Assembly (NCBI GenBank): GCA_002633005.1
Contig: NMRA01000200.1
Coordinates: 592,527-656,526, forward strand
Reading direction: 5' to 3'
DNA length: 64,000 nt
From: Phoronis australis
Lineage: Eukaryota; Animalia; Phoronida
Shown: in pieces, positions 1 through 12,900 of the stretch
Position numbering within the stretch: position 1 is the stretch's first letter
Layout: each line of letters begins with the position of its first letter
Made by a program: the position numbers and the translations under genes
The notes under the pieces: generated by a model
What the model saw: only the letters and a program-made list of their open reading frames with translations
What the model was told of the DNA's origin: nothing
The model's database searches: none

Positions 1-682
1 TTTAATTGAAACTGAGGCTGACACAAAAAATTGCCACTGGTGGGGCCAGTCATCAGATATTTTAGAAGGAAAATTTCTAAGGAAGAGCTTATCAGGTAAA
101 CTTGGCCCAGCTATGAAAATTTAACCTCAAGAGTTTTTCAGCCTAGTATATGATATAATTCAATGAGTAAAAAGTCACGAAAACTACAATATTTTTGAAA
201 AAAAAATGGTACAAGGTGTAAGCTATGTGTTAGTTTTGGAAGATGAAAATAGAAGTTTTTTGGACAATGAATCTTTTTGTAAAAAAAATTTGTTTAAAGT
301 TATGAAATTTGAAACGCTCGGTTTAGGCCGCCAACTTCAAGTACCAAGATTTGGTTGCCACAGTGTAGTTAAACTGGCAAATAGTGACGAGACAATTTCC
401 AACATGTAAAAAATAAAATTGCCACTAGGGGGCAGAGCAGCAGGTGGAGCCATCCAAAAAATATCACCATTCATTGCCTACTTCACACAAACACATTCAT
501 ATTTCACAGCCATCACGGAAATATGCACCGCATAAAAATACAAATTTCAAGAAACTTTTAACTTAAAAGTTGTGTTTTGGTGGGGTGTAAAAATCACGAT
601 AGTTTTATGACCCCTTCTAACTGGTGCTACAACAAAGTCTTAACTTCAGAGCATCAGTTGCTTGTGAGTAAAGCTTGCTCAC

Positions 683-922
683 CTAGTGATGTGCACTTTA
701 TGCCACTTGCCATCATTGACACGTACACCAGAACGTAGTATATGTAGATTGGCGGCTGACTGCATGCCCAAATTGTAGGACAACTCCAGTCGACCACCTA
801 CAACAGCCAAAGTCAAGTAGTCACCCGAGACGGAGTTGGACTTGTGTATTATTAACAGTAGGCCATTCTGGGATGATGTCTTGAAGCGCAGGCTTATATC
901 ATTCCTTGTTTCACTGTTCTTT
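683..922 (-). CDS. AGRN: Agrin exon 29: LG3 core
   Basis: [16 protein letters not shown]...[20 protein letters not shown]...[12 protein letters not shown]; phase 2-2. Confidence 0.92.
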
Positions 923-3900
923 CTAAAAGAGAGGAACAAAAGAAATGAGAAGGCAAAAATTAAATAATTTGAAAAGTAGAATCTATGGAGAATCCTTAAT
1001 AAGGACTGAGTAAACACATTAAGGAAGCTGACAAAGATCAACTTCTGTTGCACAGTACTTGAGTACCAGGTAGGAGCCAGCTGTATTACCAGATGTTCAC
1101 AGTTATATAGCTGACATAAGAGCTCACCTTTGAATGCCAAGGTTATTGTATTACAACCATATAGAACCATCAAACTTAACATACTCATAGTTATATAGCT
1201 GACACACGAGCTCACCTCTGAATGCCTAGGTTACTGTATTCCAACCATGTAGAACCATCGAACTTAACATACTCATAGTTATATAGCTGACACACGAGCT
1301 CACCTTTGAATGCCAAGGTTACTGTATTCCAACCATGTAGAACCATCGAACTTAACATACTCATAGTTATATAGCTGACACACGAGCTCACCTTTGAATG
1401 CCAAGGTTACTGTATTCCAACCATGTAGAACCATCAAACTTAACATACTCATAGTTATATAACTGACATAAGAGCTCACCTCTGTATGCCTAGGTTACTG
1501 TATTCCAACCATGTAGAACCATCAAACTTGATAGGACTGTTGCCATCAACGCCATCAGAAACTAAAAGAGTAACAAGATGGCGGTCACCATGTTCAGTTT
1601 GAAAAGCAAATTACATGAAAATGTAACAATTCTATTTACTCAACTTTCTTTAGCAGGTCGCCCACAACTCTGTGACACTAAATGCGATAACTACCTGTGA
1701 TTATTATCATTCCCGATGACTATAAAGGCTGTTCATAAATCAGTTATTTAACAGTATGATAACTTACTCAGGTCACAATGCATTCCACTAAACCCATCAG
1801 TACACCTGCAATCATATTTATCCAACATTGGAACACATAGACCACCATTTGAGCAGGAACTCTTTGAACATGGTTCGCCTCTGTACGTCTCTACTTTGGC
1901 CAAGCCAGTGGCACCATCTCTTAGATCTTCTATCCATTTTCCATTGATGTAAAACTGAAGCGAAAAGAAACCAGATTGCTGAGATTTCCACACAATTCAA
2001 CTCTTGAACAATTATTGTTTGTTGATGATGTCCAAATATGTTACCATACTTATGAGGATTGTCAAGCCTTTTTGCTATGGAAGAAAACAGGAAAATATCT
2101 ATGAATTAAACTAAAGAAGTACAAAAGTCTAGGAGTTCCTATGTGAGTCAGTGGTGAGAGAGTGCTGAGGTATGGACCAAAACATTGGGAATTCAATCCC
2201 TGCAGGTTGTTGTAATATAGTTATATCCTTGAGCACTGCACTTAACCTACACCAATAATCGGGTGAATAAATGGGTAACAGTTGGGGGAGTAACTTATTG
2301 TGCTGGACTAGCATTACGTCCAGTGGGAGTTGAGAAACTATCTCTGAGTCGGAGCTAACAGTTACACCAACCATTTACGTAACATATTTACAACAAGCAG
2401 ATTTACCCGCTGAATAGCACCATGAAATCCTGTAGTAATGGCAGTGCCAGAGGGAGCTGACGTGTAACTTCTAAGGCCACCAATATAAAGAGGTAGACCA
2501 GCGTTCAGTTCACGTGTTGAGCCCTGAAAGTTATTTAGCATTGAAAAATGAAGAAAGAATTACTAAATTAATCTAATTTAGTTTAAAACACTGTCACAGT
2601 CATCAAAAATTAAAAAGATCCAATATGACAATTGGTCGTAATTTGGCAATACCTTTTACACAACAAGTGTAAGTCAACAGCTGCAGTTTTTTGTCATTTA
2701 ACACACTCAGGCACATTGAATATGACACAGTCAGCACATTACTTTTCATAATGCTCATGTCAACATGGCTGTCTGAACTCAATACCATGACAACATATGG
2801 TAAATAGTGTCAATTCAGTCAGGCTTAATCTAAAAATATGAAGACAAAATACACATATTATAGTCCACATTAAGGGAAAACTTTCCATCAACATTTCCAT
2901 CAGGCTTTAAAATTATTAGTCAACTCTTCCTGCCAGCGTACATTTCATACGCCTAGTTTGAAAATGTTAATATTTATTGGCAATCCTTCGTATAAATGTC
3001 TGAGCTGACAACACACACTGTGATGTCCTAAAACCAAACAAGAGAATAAACCTGACTGACCTTGGACTCTCCAAGAACAATAATACCATCCAAGTCCAAG
3101 GATCCTTCCTTGCTAGCACGCTTCACTATTACTTTATGCCAATGATTCAACTCAATCTTTGAGGTTGACCTGATAAAATGAACAATAAATATCTCATCAC
3201 AAACTAAGTGCAGCTATAGCAAGAAGGTTTCTACAATTAGAACACTATGTAAACATACTGGTCACATCATCATCAGGATGTAAATGAACAAGCTCGTCAT
3301 GGCACTTGGACAACACATGTTCAAGGAAAATGAACATGACAGGACACACATCACATTCAAAGTTGGTAACAACACATGTTCAAGGAAATGAACATGATAA
3401 CAACACTTGAACAACACATGTTATAGGAAGATCAACACGCATGGTCATAACACTTGACAAACATAATGTTCAGTGAAAATGAACAAGCCAGGTGACAACA
3501 CATTCTGGTCACAGATTACAGTATTATTTAAAAAGAGGTGAAGAGATCTTCTGTTACAGCAACTGACAGTATGAGACTTAAGAATAGAAACAAATCTTAC
3601 TTGAGCAAACAATTCATAGTCTCCATGATCTGCTCGGACACAGTCTTTTAATAGCAACAACTTGTTCAAAGCAACTGACACGTCATCTTACCTTATGTCT
3701 GCTGCTCCTGAGCCCAAGTTGTACATGAAACGCAAATAGCCGTCCACTAAGTTGAGTGCCACATAATCCCCACTTCCACTTGACCTTTGACCCTTGTAGA
3801 AGATGAGCCCTGACAATGTATACATTAGGAGCAACTTTAGAATAGCTATCACTGGCGTAGCCCCCAATTGAAACTCTCAATGTCATGTTTGTACCCTTCC

Positions 3901-6900
3901 GTTCACAGCATACTGCACTAAGGCTGCGGCTCATTTCACACCACATCCCAGGTTGCCAACAATTTTGCGTTTGTACAATCGTGTTTAGTACATCTGGGTA
4001 CACAAGAGACACTACAGAATTATGAATAGGACACCAATTAAGGAACACATTAAGAAAAGAAATACAGCAACGCAACCGTGGTGAAAAACCTGTTTTGTAG
4101 AATTCTTTGAAAACTGACGAGATTGATGAAACAAACGTCAAATGAATGTCAAATCTTTCCCAAATCCAACAATACTCATTGGGGGCCTTTAATTAGATAT
4201 TCAGTATTATGCACTCACCATCCGGTTTAGTGGCTTTAAACCAAACCTCAACAGTCAGTTTTTTGCCAATCTTGGCATCACTACTACGTTCAATAAATGA
4301 CTCTCCGCTGAATTCAGGCACGAACATTCCAGTGTTCAACGCTGAAACAAAGAGTGCACTAACATTACAAACATTGGATTTTAATGTAAAATCGATCACT
4401 TAAACATTGCATTTGAATGCAACTTCCCTGTCTTGGTTCATATACTAACTGTGCATAGCCTCCTTAACAGTTCCAAACACTCCAAAGGTATAGCAACTCA
4501 CATATGTCAAATTTTTTATTTGAATTCATTAATTCTAGCAAGTGTTTTACTTTCCTTGTTGTTTAGTATTGGTATAACATTGTCACCTCGTTTCCTACTT
4601 TATCTAAAGGACAAATATTCTACTGCTACATTTAGTATTCTGTCCTCGTACGTGCACACGTCGCATCATTTCATTCTTTTTTCTCTTTAAAATGTTTGCA
4701 AGTCCATTATTATTAATTCATAGTGTTTGTGCATTGCACACAGGTCAGTGTAACTACTACAACTACTATTAGGATGGCTAGCTATCAAGCAAACCACTAT
4801 ATAAGTACCAGTTACCCACAGGTGTTGTACTACTGGCTTTACCTGTCTCACAGTTGTGGTCTTGGTATCCCGGGGGGCACTTGCATGTGTACGTGCCATC
4901 TTCATTGTCAGCACAACTACCACCATTCTGACATGGTGCAGACAAACAGCCGGACAGTCCACTCCTGCACCTGGTTCCTACAGAGAGTTACTACCATTTT
5001 AATTTATGTGGAAATTGTAGAAATCCCAACACTTCTCCTTTATCAGCAGAACACTGGTGAATGTCCTCTAGTTCCGAAAGTGTACTTTGTTCATGGTTAC
5101 CCAATTCTTACTAACAGTATATAATCGAGTAGTTTTTCTATAGGCATGCAGAGACAAAAAGGTACAAATGCATTCAACACACTTTTAATGTCTATGAGGT
5201 GGATTAAAAAGTAAATCTTTGCATAAGGCAAATGATGATGTAAGTCAGTGGCTCATTTTGGTATCTCCAACTCCTGTAAGACAGACAAAAGTAGACTACA
5301 CACATCAATCACATGTTCTCCATTTAAGGGACGTAAAAACAAAACTGAGGATTTGGGGTTAAATCGCAACCAAAACAGTAATTCACATAAGACCTATTCA
5401 TGACTGGGATTAACTAATCTTACCTAAGTTAGAACTGGTTACAATATCCTCTGAACTGGGTTGTAGACCGTATGTCTTGGCAAATGAACTACCTCTCAAT
5501 GTAAAAGCTTTAATACAGCCTTCAAAGCCTTTACTGGTGCCAGCATGTTTGTAGGCACTGGAACAACATTAGTACACTTGAGAGTAAAAGACTTAAAGGT
5601 TGATGAGGACTGGCGTATTCTGCACTATGCCATCTCAGGGCTAGCTCAACCACTTAAAAGTATGAGAATGGCAAAATCAAAAAAAATTGTTAATTGAATT
5701 TTGAAAACAATCAAAACTACTAAATCTTGTATAAACCACGTTTTGACATAAACCGCATTATGATCCTATCATTCGTTTTAATTGATATTGGTTGCAATTA
5801 CAAAGTGCCGGCAATTCATGACAGCCATACTAGCTGGTGACTAAAACTACACCACCATGACAAGCAATAATGGACCAGACAGTTCTTAGCAAGGCTAGAA
5901 ATCATTTTTAATCTTAGTAAGGAACATGACGAGGCCTACATAAAAAACTTTGAAGTTCGTTTTTGACAAACGGAGAAGATTTATTGTTCCTTTGACTACA
6001 GTAATTGACACACATACCCAGGAACATTTTAACAATACACAACACGAAAATTGAATCAAAATGTTGGTTAACAGACTTAGCATTGGTATTCTTCTTTATT
6101 CCCAAACATGACAACACTCTTCAATCAAAAGTTTGCTGCACCTCACAAGAGACTAACAACAACCAAACGTTACCACTAGATGTCAAAACTTACAATTTTG
6201 AGAGAGCGTCCACATTTCCAAGAAAGATATCTGCTCCATGAAGGTTGAGTTCTCTTGCACTTGGTTTACTTGAACCACTGATTTCTGGTTGACCACCCAC
6301 CATTAACACTCCATCCCGTTCTTGTCGCTTAGCAACTACGTGTGTAAACACTCCTAGTGTAATGCGAGACGGGCTTCGAATGATGTTGACACCACTACCC
6401 AGATTATACCTAAATGGATTTGCAGTGTATTCTAGCCTCTGTCAACTTACCATTGGTACAAGAATTTAAGGACAGGTTACAGAACCAAAAACAAAAATAT
6501 ATGAGATATATGGCCGCTACAACCACAGGTCATCCTGAAAGTTACTCCTGAGGAAACCAGCTTCAATTCAAAATTAACATGCACAAATACTTGAGACATA
6601 ATCATGAAAACACAACTATTTGCTTTAAAATGCTTTCCTCAGAAATAGTCACATTAGAGAAGCATTGCAAACTATTCAATATGAGGAAATTCAAAGTAAA
6701 TACAGTAATTAAATTTATCAAGCTTGAAAAATCCTTACTCCAGTGAAGCTAAAAAGTACACAGCCGCATTCAAGATTGGAGAATAAAATTCAAGCTTAGT
6801 GAATATTATTCTAACTTGGTCAATATATTTCAAGCTTGGTCAATATTATTCAAGCTTGGCTAACATTATTCAATCTTGGTCAATAGTATTCAAGCTTGAT

Positions 6901-9900
6901 AAATATTATCCAAGCATTTTGGGTCTACCCAATTTAAGGTTCCACATTAAGCTTACACAACCTTGATAGTGATGTGGCAGAGCACACTTGAGTATACTGC
7001 ACAAGTTGCTGTTAGGCATGAACAGATCATGTGATATGATTTTTTAATCACAACACAAAAAAAGTTTGCCTGGTGATAGAATTCACTAAGATAGCCAACT
7101 TGAATTATGTTACTGACCAGCAACCGTATTCAAGCTTGCACAGCAATGATTACCAAGAGGTTTTCCAAGCCTGGTATTTACTATTAAACAGGCTTTTCAA
7201 TACATTTTAGGGCAAGGCTAAGTTCCTAACTTTACTCATCAGCAGTCATTTTCAAGAAAACGCAGCAACAGTTAGGAAGGGAGCAAGGAAATTCAAGTTT
7301 GGCAAAGAATATCAAGTATGATGACACACAATTACAAATTACCTCGAACAAGCTAGGTCAAATTTACATTAAGTACCCTTATGTGCCGCGATCCAGCATC
7401 TACGAGTCACTTTCAAGTCTCAAGAACTAAGCAATAATGCCTCAAATGTAGGTTGAAAGTGACTTTCAGGTGTGCCCTACAACACCAGATGGCTAATAAT
7501 ACCTGACTTTGAGCATTTGCAGTTTGGTAAACTTTAAGGAGAAAAATAACTGAAACCATTAAGGAAGGCTTACCCTCCTATCATCTATGTGACAAAAAGC
7601 AACACTTACCTAAACTCAACAAATGAGTCCACAAGAGATAATGAAATGAAGTCCTTGTTATTCAGTCCACAGTACATTAACAATCCATCTGGTTTGAGGC
7701 TCAGCAGCTCCATCTCAATTGTTAGTTGTTTTTTGGCATTAAGGTTAAAGTTCAGTTGCAAGAAAGAATTCCCAGAAAATGAAGGAGCCAAGACACCAGC
7801 ATCTGAAACAGAATTGTGCACCGTCAAATGGTCGCATTTTGGTAAAAACTCTAACTGTACGTTACTCGGCTACTAAAACTTAATATGACTCAATAGGGTG
7901 ACCCACATCTTAAAATTTTGTTTTAGAAAACATTTAGAAGAAACAAGCAGTTATGCCACTATTAAACCCAAGTGCAGCAGACCCAAATTTAAGTGAACTT
8001 TTGCAAAAATGTCGCGATTATTAGACGTTATAAAACTGTAGACACTAACCTGTGGTCATTGGAGACCGTGTTGTTTTCATGTGGGTAGGCGTTGTCTAAA
8101 AAGTAAATAAAGACTTGAGGAATACAAATATTAAATTAACATCCAACATTTTCATTTAGAAATTCATGTATCAGATATAAAAATTTGCTTTTGCTGACAA
8201 ACTGAAAATTTTTGGATCTCTGTAACATGCTTCCTCCAACTAACTCAAAATTTGAATAACTACATCAAAATTTATTGCAAAATTTATTTCAATCATAAAA
8301 CACCACGCACCCATCAATACATATACGATGTTTGGAGACTTCTGGAAGAGTTAAGACTCAGACATTTATCAGTGAGTAATACAGCTTGATAACTATTTTC
8401 AAGCAATAACTAACCCGTGCTTCTTTTTCAAAAAATTCTAGCAGTTCTGTTGTTGACATCTTGGCATGTCTTGTAGCCAACATGGTGGTCAACATGGGCT
8501 TGGCTGGAGTGCTACCAGTTACCTCAGGCTCTGGTGTAGCAGGCTCTGGAGTAGTAGGTTCTGGTGTAGCAGGTTCTGGTGTAGCAGGCTCTGGTGTAGC
8601 CTTAGAGATTCCCATGTGTTGAGTGGTGTGCATGGACAACGAGCCTGTTTCAGGAACATAAATTAGTTCTAACTTGGAGACATAATAATCCTACCACTAC
8701 TACAATAACGCCACCTGCCAGCTAAAGGTAAAACATGAATTAAGGATGGATTAAATAAAGAAACAGTAAGAACCCGGTCAGTTAAACTGTGACGAGGACA
8801 AATAACACAAAATTGTATACGTGTTGACAGACAATTGTATGTAAATATTTTCTAGTGATTTTAAATGGTATGTTTGACTTACGGGGTTTCAAATCTGCAT
8901 TAAGCATAATAATACATAATAATGTAAAATAGTGAACACTGTTCATTATCAGATATCAGCCAGGTGTGAGGAGGAATAACGAAAAAGAATCAACATTTTG
9001 CTAGTGTGCAAAATGTAATGCTTTTTGACATCACAGAAATGACAATGTCAAAGGATGTTTTGTAGTTTTATTTATTACTTTTCACATCAAAGTGCACGCA
9101 GGAAGTTTTAAATAACTATTTATTTTACCACGTCAGATAAAATATTAAACAGTGACGACTGTCTTGACCGGCCTTTAGATCGTGAAGCTCCTATAGGCAC
9201 CTCATATGCTGGAAGCTTTTTGGCGAAATATGCCTCACCCAAACAAACATCAAAGTCACATTGCTACAAGTACCTAATTTACACTTAGGAGGCTGTCGAT
9301 GTCATTAATTCCCTCCAACTCGAACAAATACTCCTGTGATCAAACTTTTTCTTCGAGCACTCCTTCGTTCACTTGCCCAAATCAACAACTGGCCATTTTT
9401 AACACTGCATGTGCTCCTATTTTTACCACGCCAACCAGAGCCCACGCAGTGTTAAAAATGGCCAGTTGCCGATCTGGGAAACTGAACGCAGGAGTGCTTG
9501 AAGAAAAAGTTTGATCACGGGATTATTTGTTCGAGTTGGAAGGAATTAATGACATCGACAGCCTCCTAAGGTGTCCCTCTATGTATAAATTAGGTACTTA
9601 TAGCAATGTGACTTTGATGTTTTAATCAGTGTGAGGCATAATTTGCAGAAAAGCTTCCGACGTTTGAAGCGACTATAGGAGCTTCACCGTCTCGAAGGCC
9701 AGTCGAGACGTGGTCACTATCTAATAACAGATAAGTATGTAGTTTATGGCAATTAATACTGGCTCACAAAATATAATACACTCTTGGGGGCACGGGTGGG
9801 AAGGGGGGTAGGGAAACCACAATACAAGTCGATATATGCGGCTATCAACGATGAATACATAAAGCAGGGTTTAGACAACAGTGAAGTGTGCAATTAGGAA

Positions 9901-12900
9901 AACCTCTTGTAGACAGCACAGAAAGTATGATTAGACAAGGGATCACTTAACCATTTTGGCATTTAGGGACCACTTAACCATTTTGTCACTTTGAAAACAA
10001 TCATAAACGTGCACTCAAAAATTTGATTTTCTAAAAAAAAACAATTGCACATGCACCCTCGAGAGGGTATTTTTTACACAGTATAAGGAAAAGTGTACGC
10101 ACAATTCATGAGGTAGCCACAAAAACATTCTTCTATCAGTACACACATAAGGAATGTCAAAATGAATGCCTCATGCATGGCAGAGCACTACCATTGGTAG
10201 AATGTGATACAGAGCATTGTGGTGGCAATACATGCAAACTGTCAAACCAAACTAGCAAGGCACTTTACAGTAACATGCATTACACTCAGACAAAGCTTCA
10301 AACCATTTAAAGACCTAGCAAGTGTGCAACGGGAAGTGAGCTTAGCTACGACTATTGATTGGGTGTGGCTATGTGAGTTTTACAAAATGTTTGATGTGCT
10401 CAAAGTGTAAAAGTTTGATGTGCTCAAAGTGTAAATGTTTGGTGTGCTCGAAGAGTAAATGATTGGAGTGCTCGAAGTGTAAATGTTTGGTGTGCTCGAA
10501 GTGTAAAAATGTTTGGCGTGCTTTAAGATTTCCTTACAAGACAAAGACATGGAGGCTCTCAGGAAGCAATAGCTCTGAACACAAAAGACAATTAACTGCC
10601 CATAAATGTAACACTAAATTTGTTCCAAAAGATAAGACAGAGTCATCTGTATCAGTGTTCCACACAAAAAGGTAATGAATGCATTAAAGTTCAGAATGAC
10701 CGTGTGACGTTAAGCAGTTTATTGTCATACCTCTACATGGACCATCTGACACAAAGCGGATATCCTGCTGCAGTCTACAGGCAAACTGCTCGATATCACA
10801 CCTGGACTTGTAGGTTTTGCCATTAGAAGCGCACACAGCTGTAGCCGTCTGAGAGGCGCTACATTTCATATTACATATACACCTAGCCTGTCCACCTTCT
10901 TCCATACATGTGGCCCCATGGAGGCAGGTTTGTTGAGAACAACTGGCAGGTAACTGGCTACCTAGAGAGGATATACAAGACTGACTACAACTAGAGTACA
11001 GGTAAGGGTGAGGCTACTACATGGAGGTGGGGTGCATTCACACCTAGACTGTGCTACAGTTGTCACTCAGAGAATCAAACATGCAACAGGCAAGTTAATA
11101 GTAGCTTGAAGCAGGTCTGGTTCCACAAATCAAACACTGTTGAATTAGGTGAGACAGCTATAGAATGGGCGCAGGCTTCAAAATGAACTTACTTGATATG
11201 CAACCCCCCGGGCCAACAATACCATCATCACACCGATCACACTTATGACCCTTTATACCAGTCCGACACATACACATGCCAGTCTCCTGTTCACAGTCGT
11301 CTCTCTCTGAACCATAGATGTTGCACTTGCAGGCTGCAGAAAACAACAGGAGCAATATAAACAACAAATACGAGATGCAACATGCATGTTGTGCTGTATG
11401 AACATGTACATGGTGCTGTATGAACAACACATACGTGGTGTTATTTGAACAACATACATATACATAATGCTATATATGAACAACATGAACAAGGTGCTAT
11501 ATGAACATGTGCGTGGTGCTATATGAACATCATGCATGCAATGCTCAATGAACAACATGTACATGGTGCAATATCAACAGCATATATGTGGTGATTTTTG
11601 AACATTGCATATGAGGTAAGCATGAAGCACAGATGGAAATTAAAAAAGTAACATCATTTTTAGGTTGACTTGCATGGTTTTTCTCAAACAGCAATAATCA
11701 GTTTATCAATGACGGTTACTGATTCTTGAAAAATGTAAGACCTGGAGCGAGACTTTATTTTTAGTAAATGTCCTGCATTGCTACCACCCTGAAGTGCCTG
11801 TATCCCTGTATGAGCAAGACTACTTACCAAAAGATCTAGTATTACCATCCTGAACCCCATGAATCACTGTACGATTAACACTACTAACCTAAACATAAAG
11901 TATTACCATCCTGAAGCCCATGCATGCCTGCATGATTAAGACTGCTCGGTGCTTATCTAAACAACTAGTGTAACCATCCTAAGGCCCATGTATCCCTGTT
12001 TGAACAAGTTAGACTACTTACCTAAACATCCAGAGTTACCATCCTTGATTTTCCTCATGCCCCAATAGCCAGGTTCACAGCGGTCACAGTGACGTCCTCC
12101 AACTCCTGGCTTGCATGCACACTGATCAGTCTGTGAATTGCAACGGGCTGACAGGGAGCCCAGGGAATTGCAGTTGCAGGTACCTGCTCAAAATAACAAG
12201 TAATGCACCCCGTTTTCAGAACTGCAATATAATACATGGCCAACCATTTTGTACATTATAATAAAACTATATCAAAAACTGATTGAAATAATGTGCAAAC
12301 TCAAAATTTAACTATTAGTACTCAAACTCAAAGAAATGATGTTATCAAGACAATTTCAACTCAAAAGCAGAAAACTTAAAGGGCAAACTGTACGTATTTA
12401 TGGTATTAAGTAGCGTTAGTCAAGTGCAGCCTTGTTAACAGTTGAACGATTTCAATGTACTACTTACCATCAGTTTTTACACGTAAGCATTTTAATAACA
12501 GGTATGCATAAAAATAGAAAAATGTGAACAAAACAAGCAGTTACAGTCAACTAGAGTGCAGAATGACTTGTGGCAAGTGAAGCTCAACGCTATAGCACAA
12601 CTAATAGACAACCTTTGGCTCAACACTGGCTGGTCCTCATAGCTCAAAAGTTGTCACTACTGAAAGACAACTCATAGTTCAAAAGTGGGCACTACTCGAA
12701 GCCAAACCTCCACTCAAAAATAGCAATTTATCATGAACAATTCTTAGCCCAAACCTGGGCATTACTTCTAGACAATGCTAGGTGCAACACAGGGTACTAC
12801 ACTCCTAGACAACTCTTGACTCAACACAAGACGTAATTCAAGAACAGTCCTCGACTTGCACAACGATAACAATTAATGCTTGATTCAACACTGAGTATAA

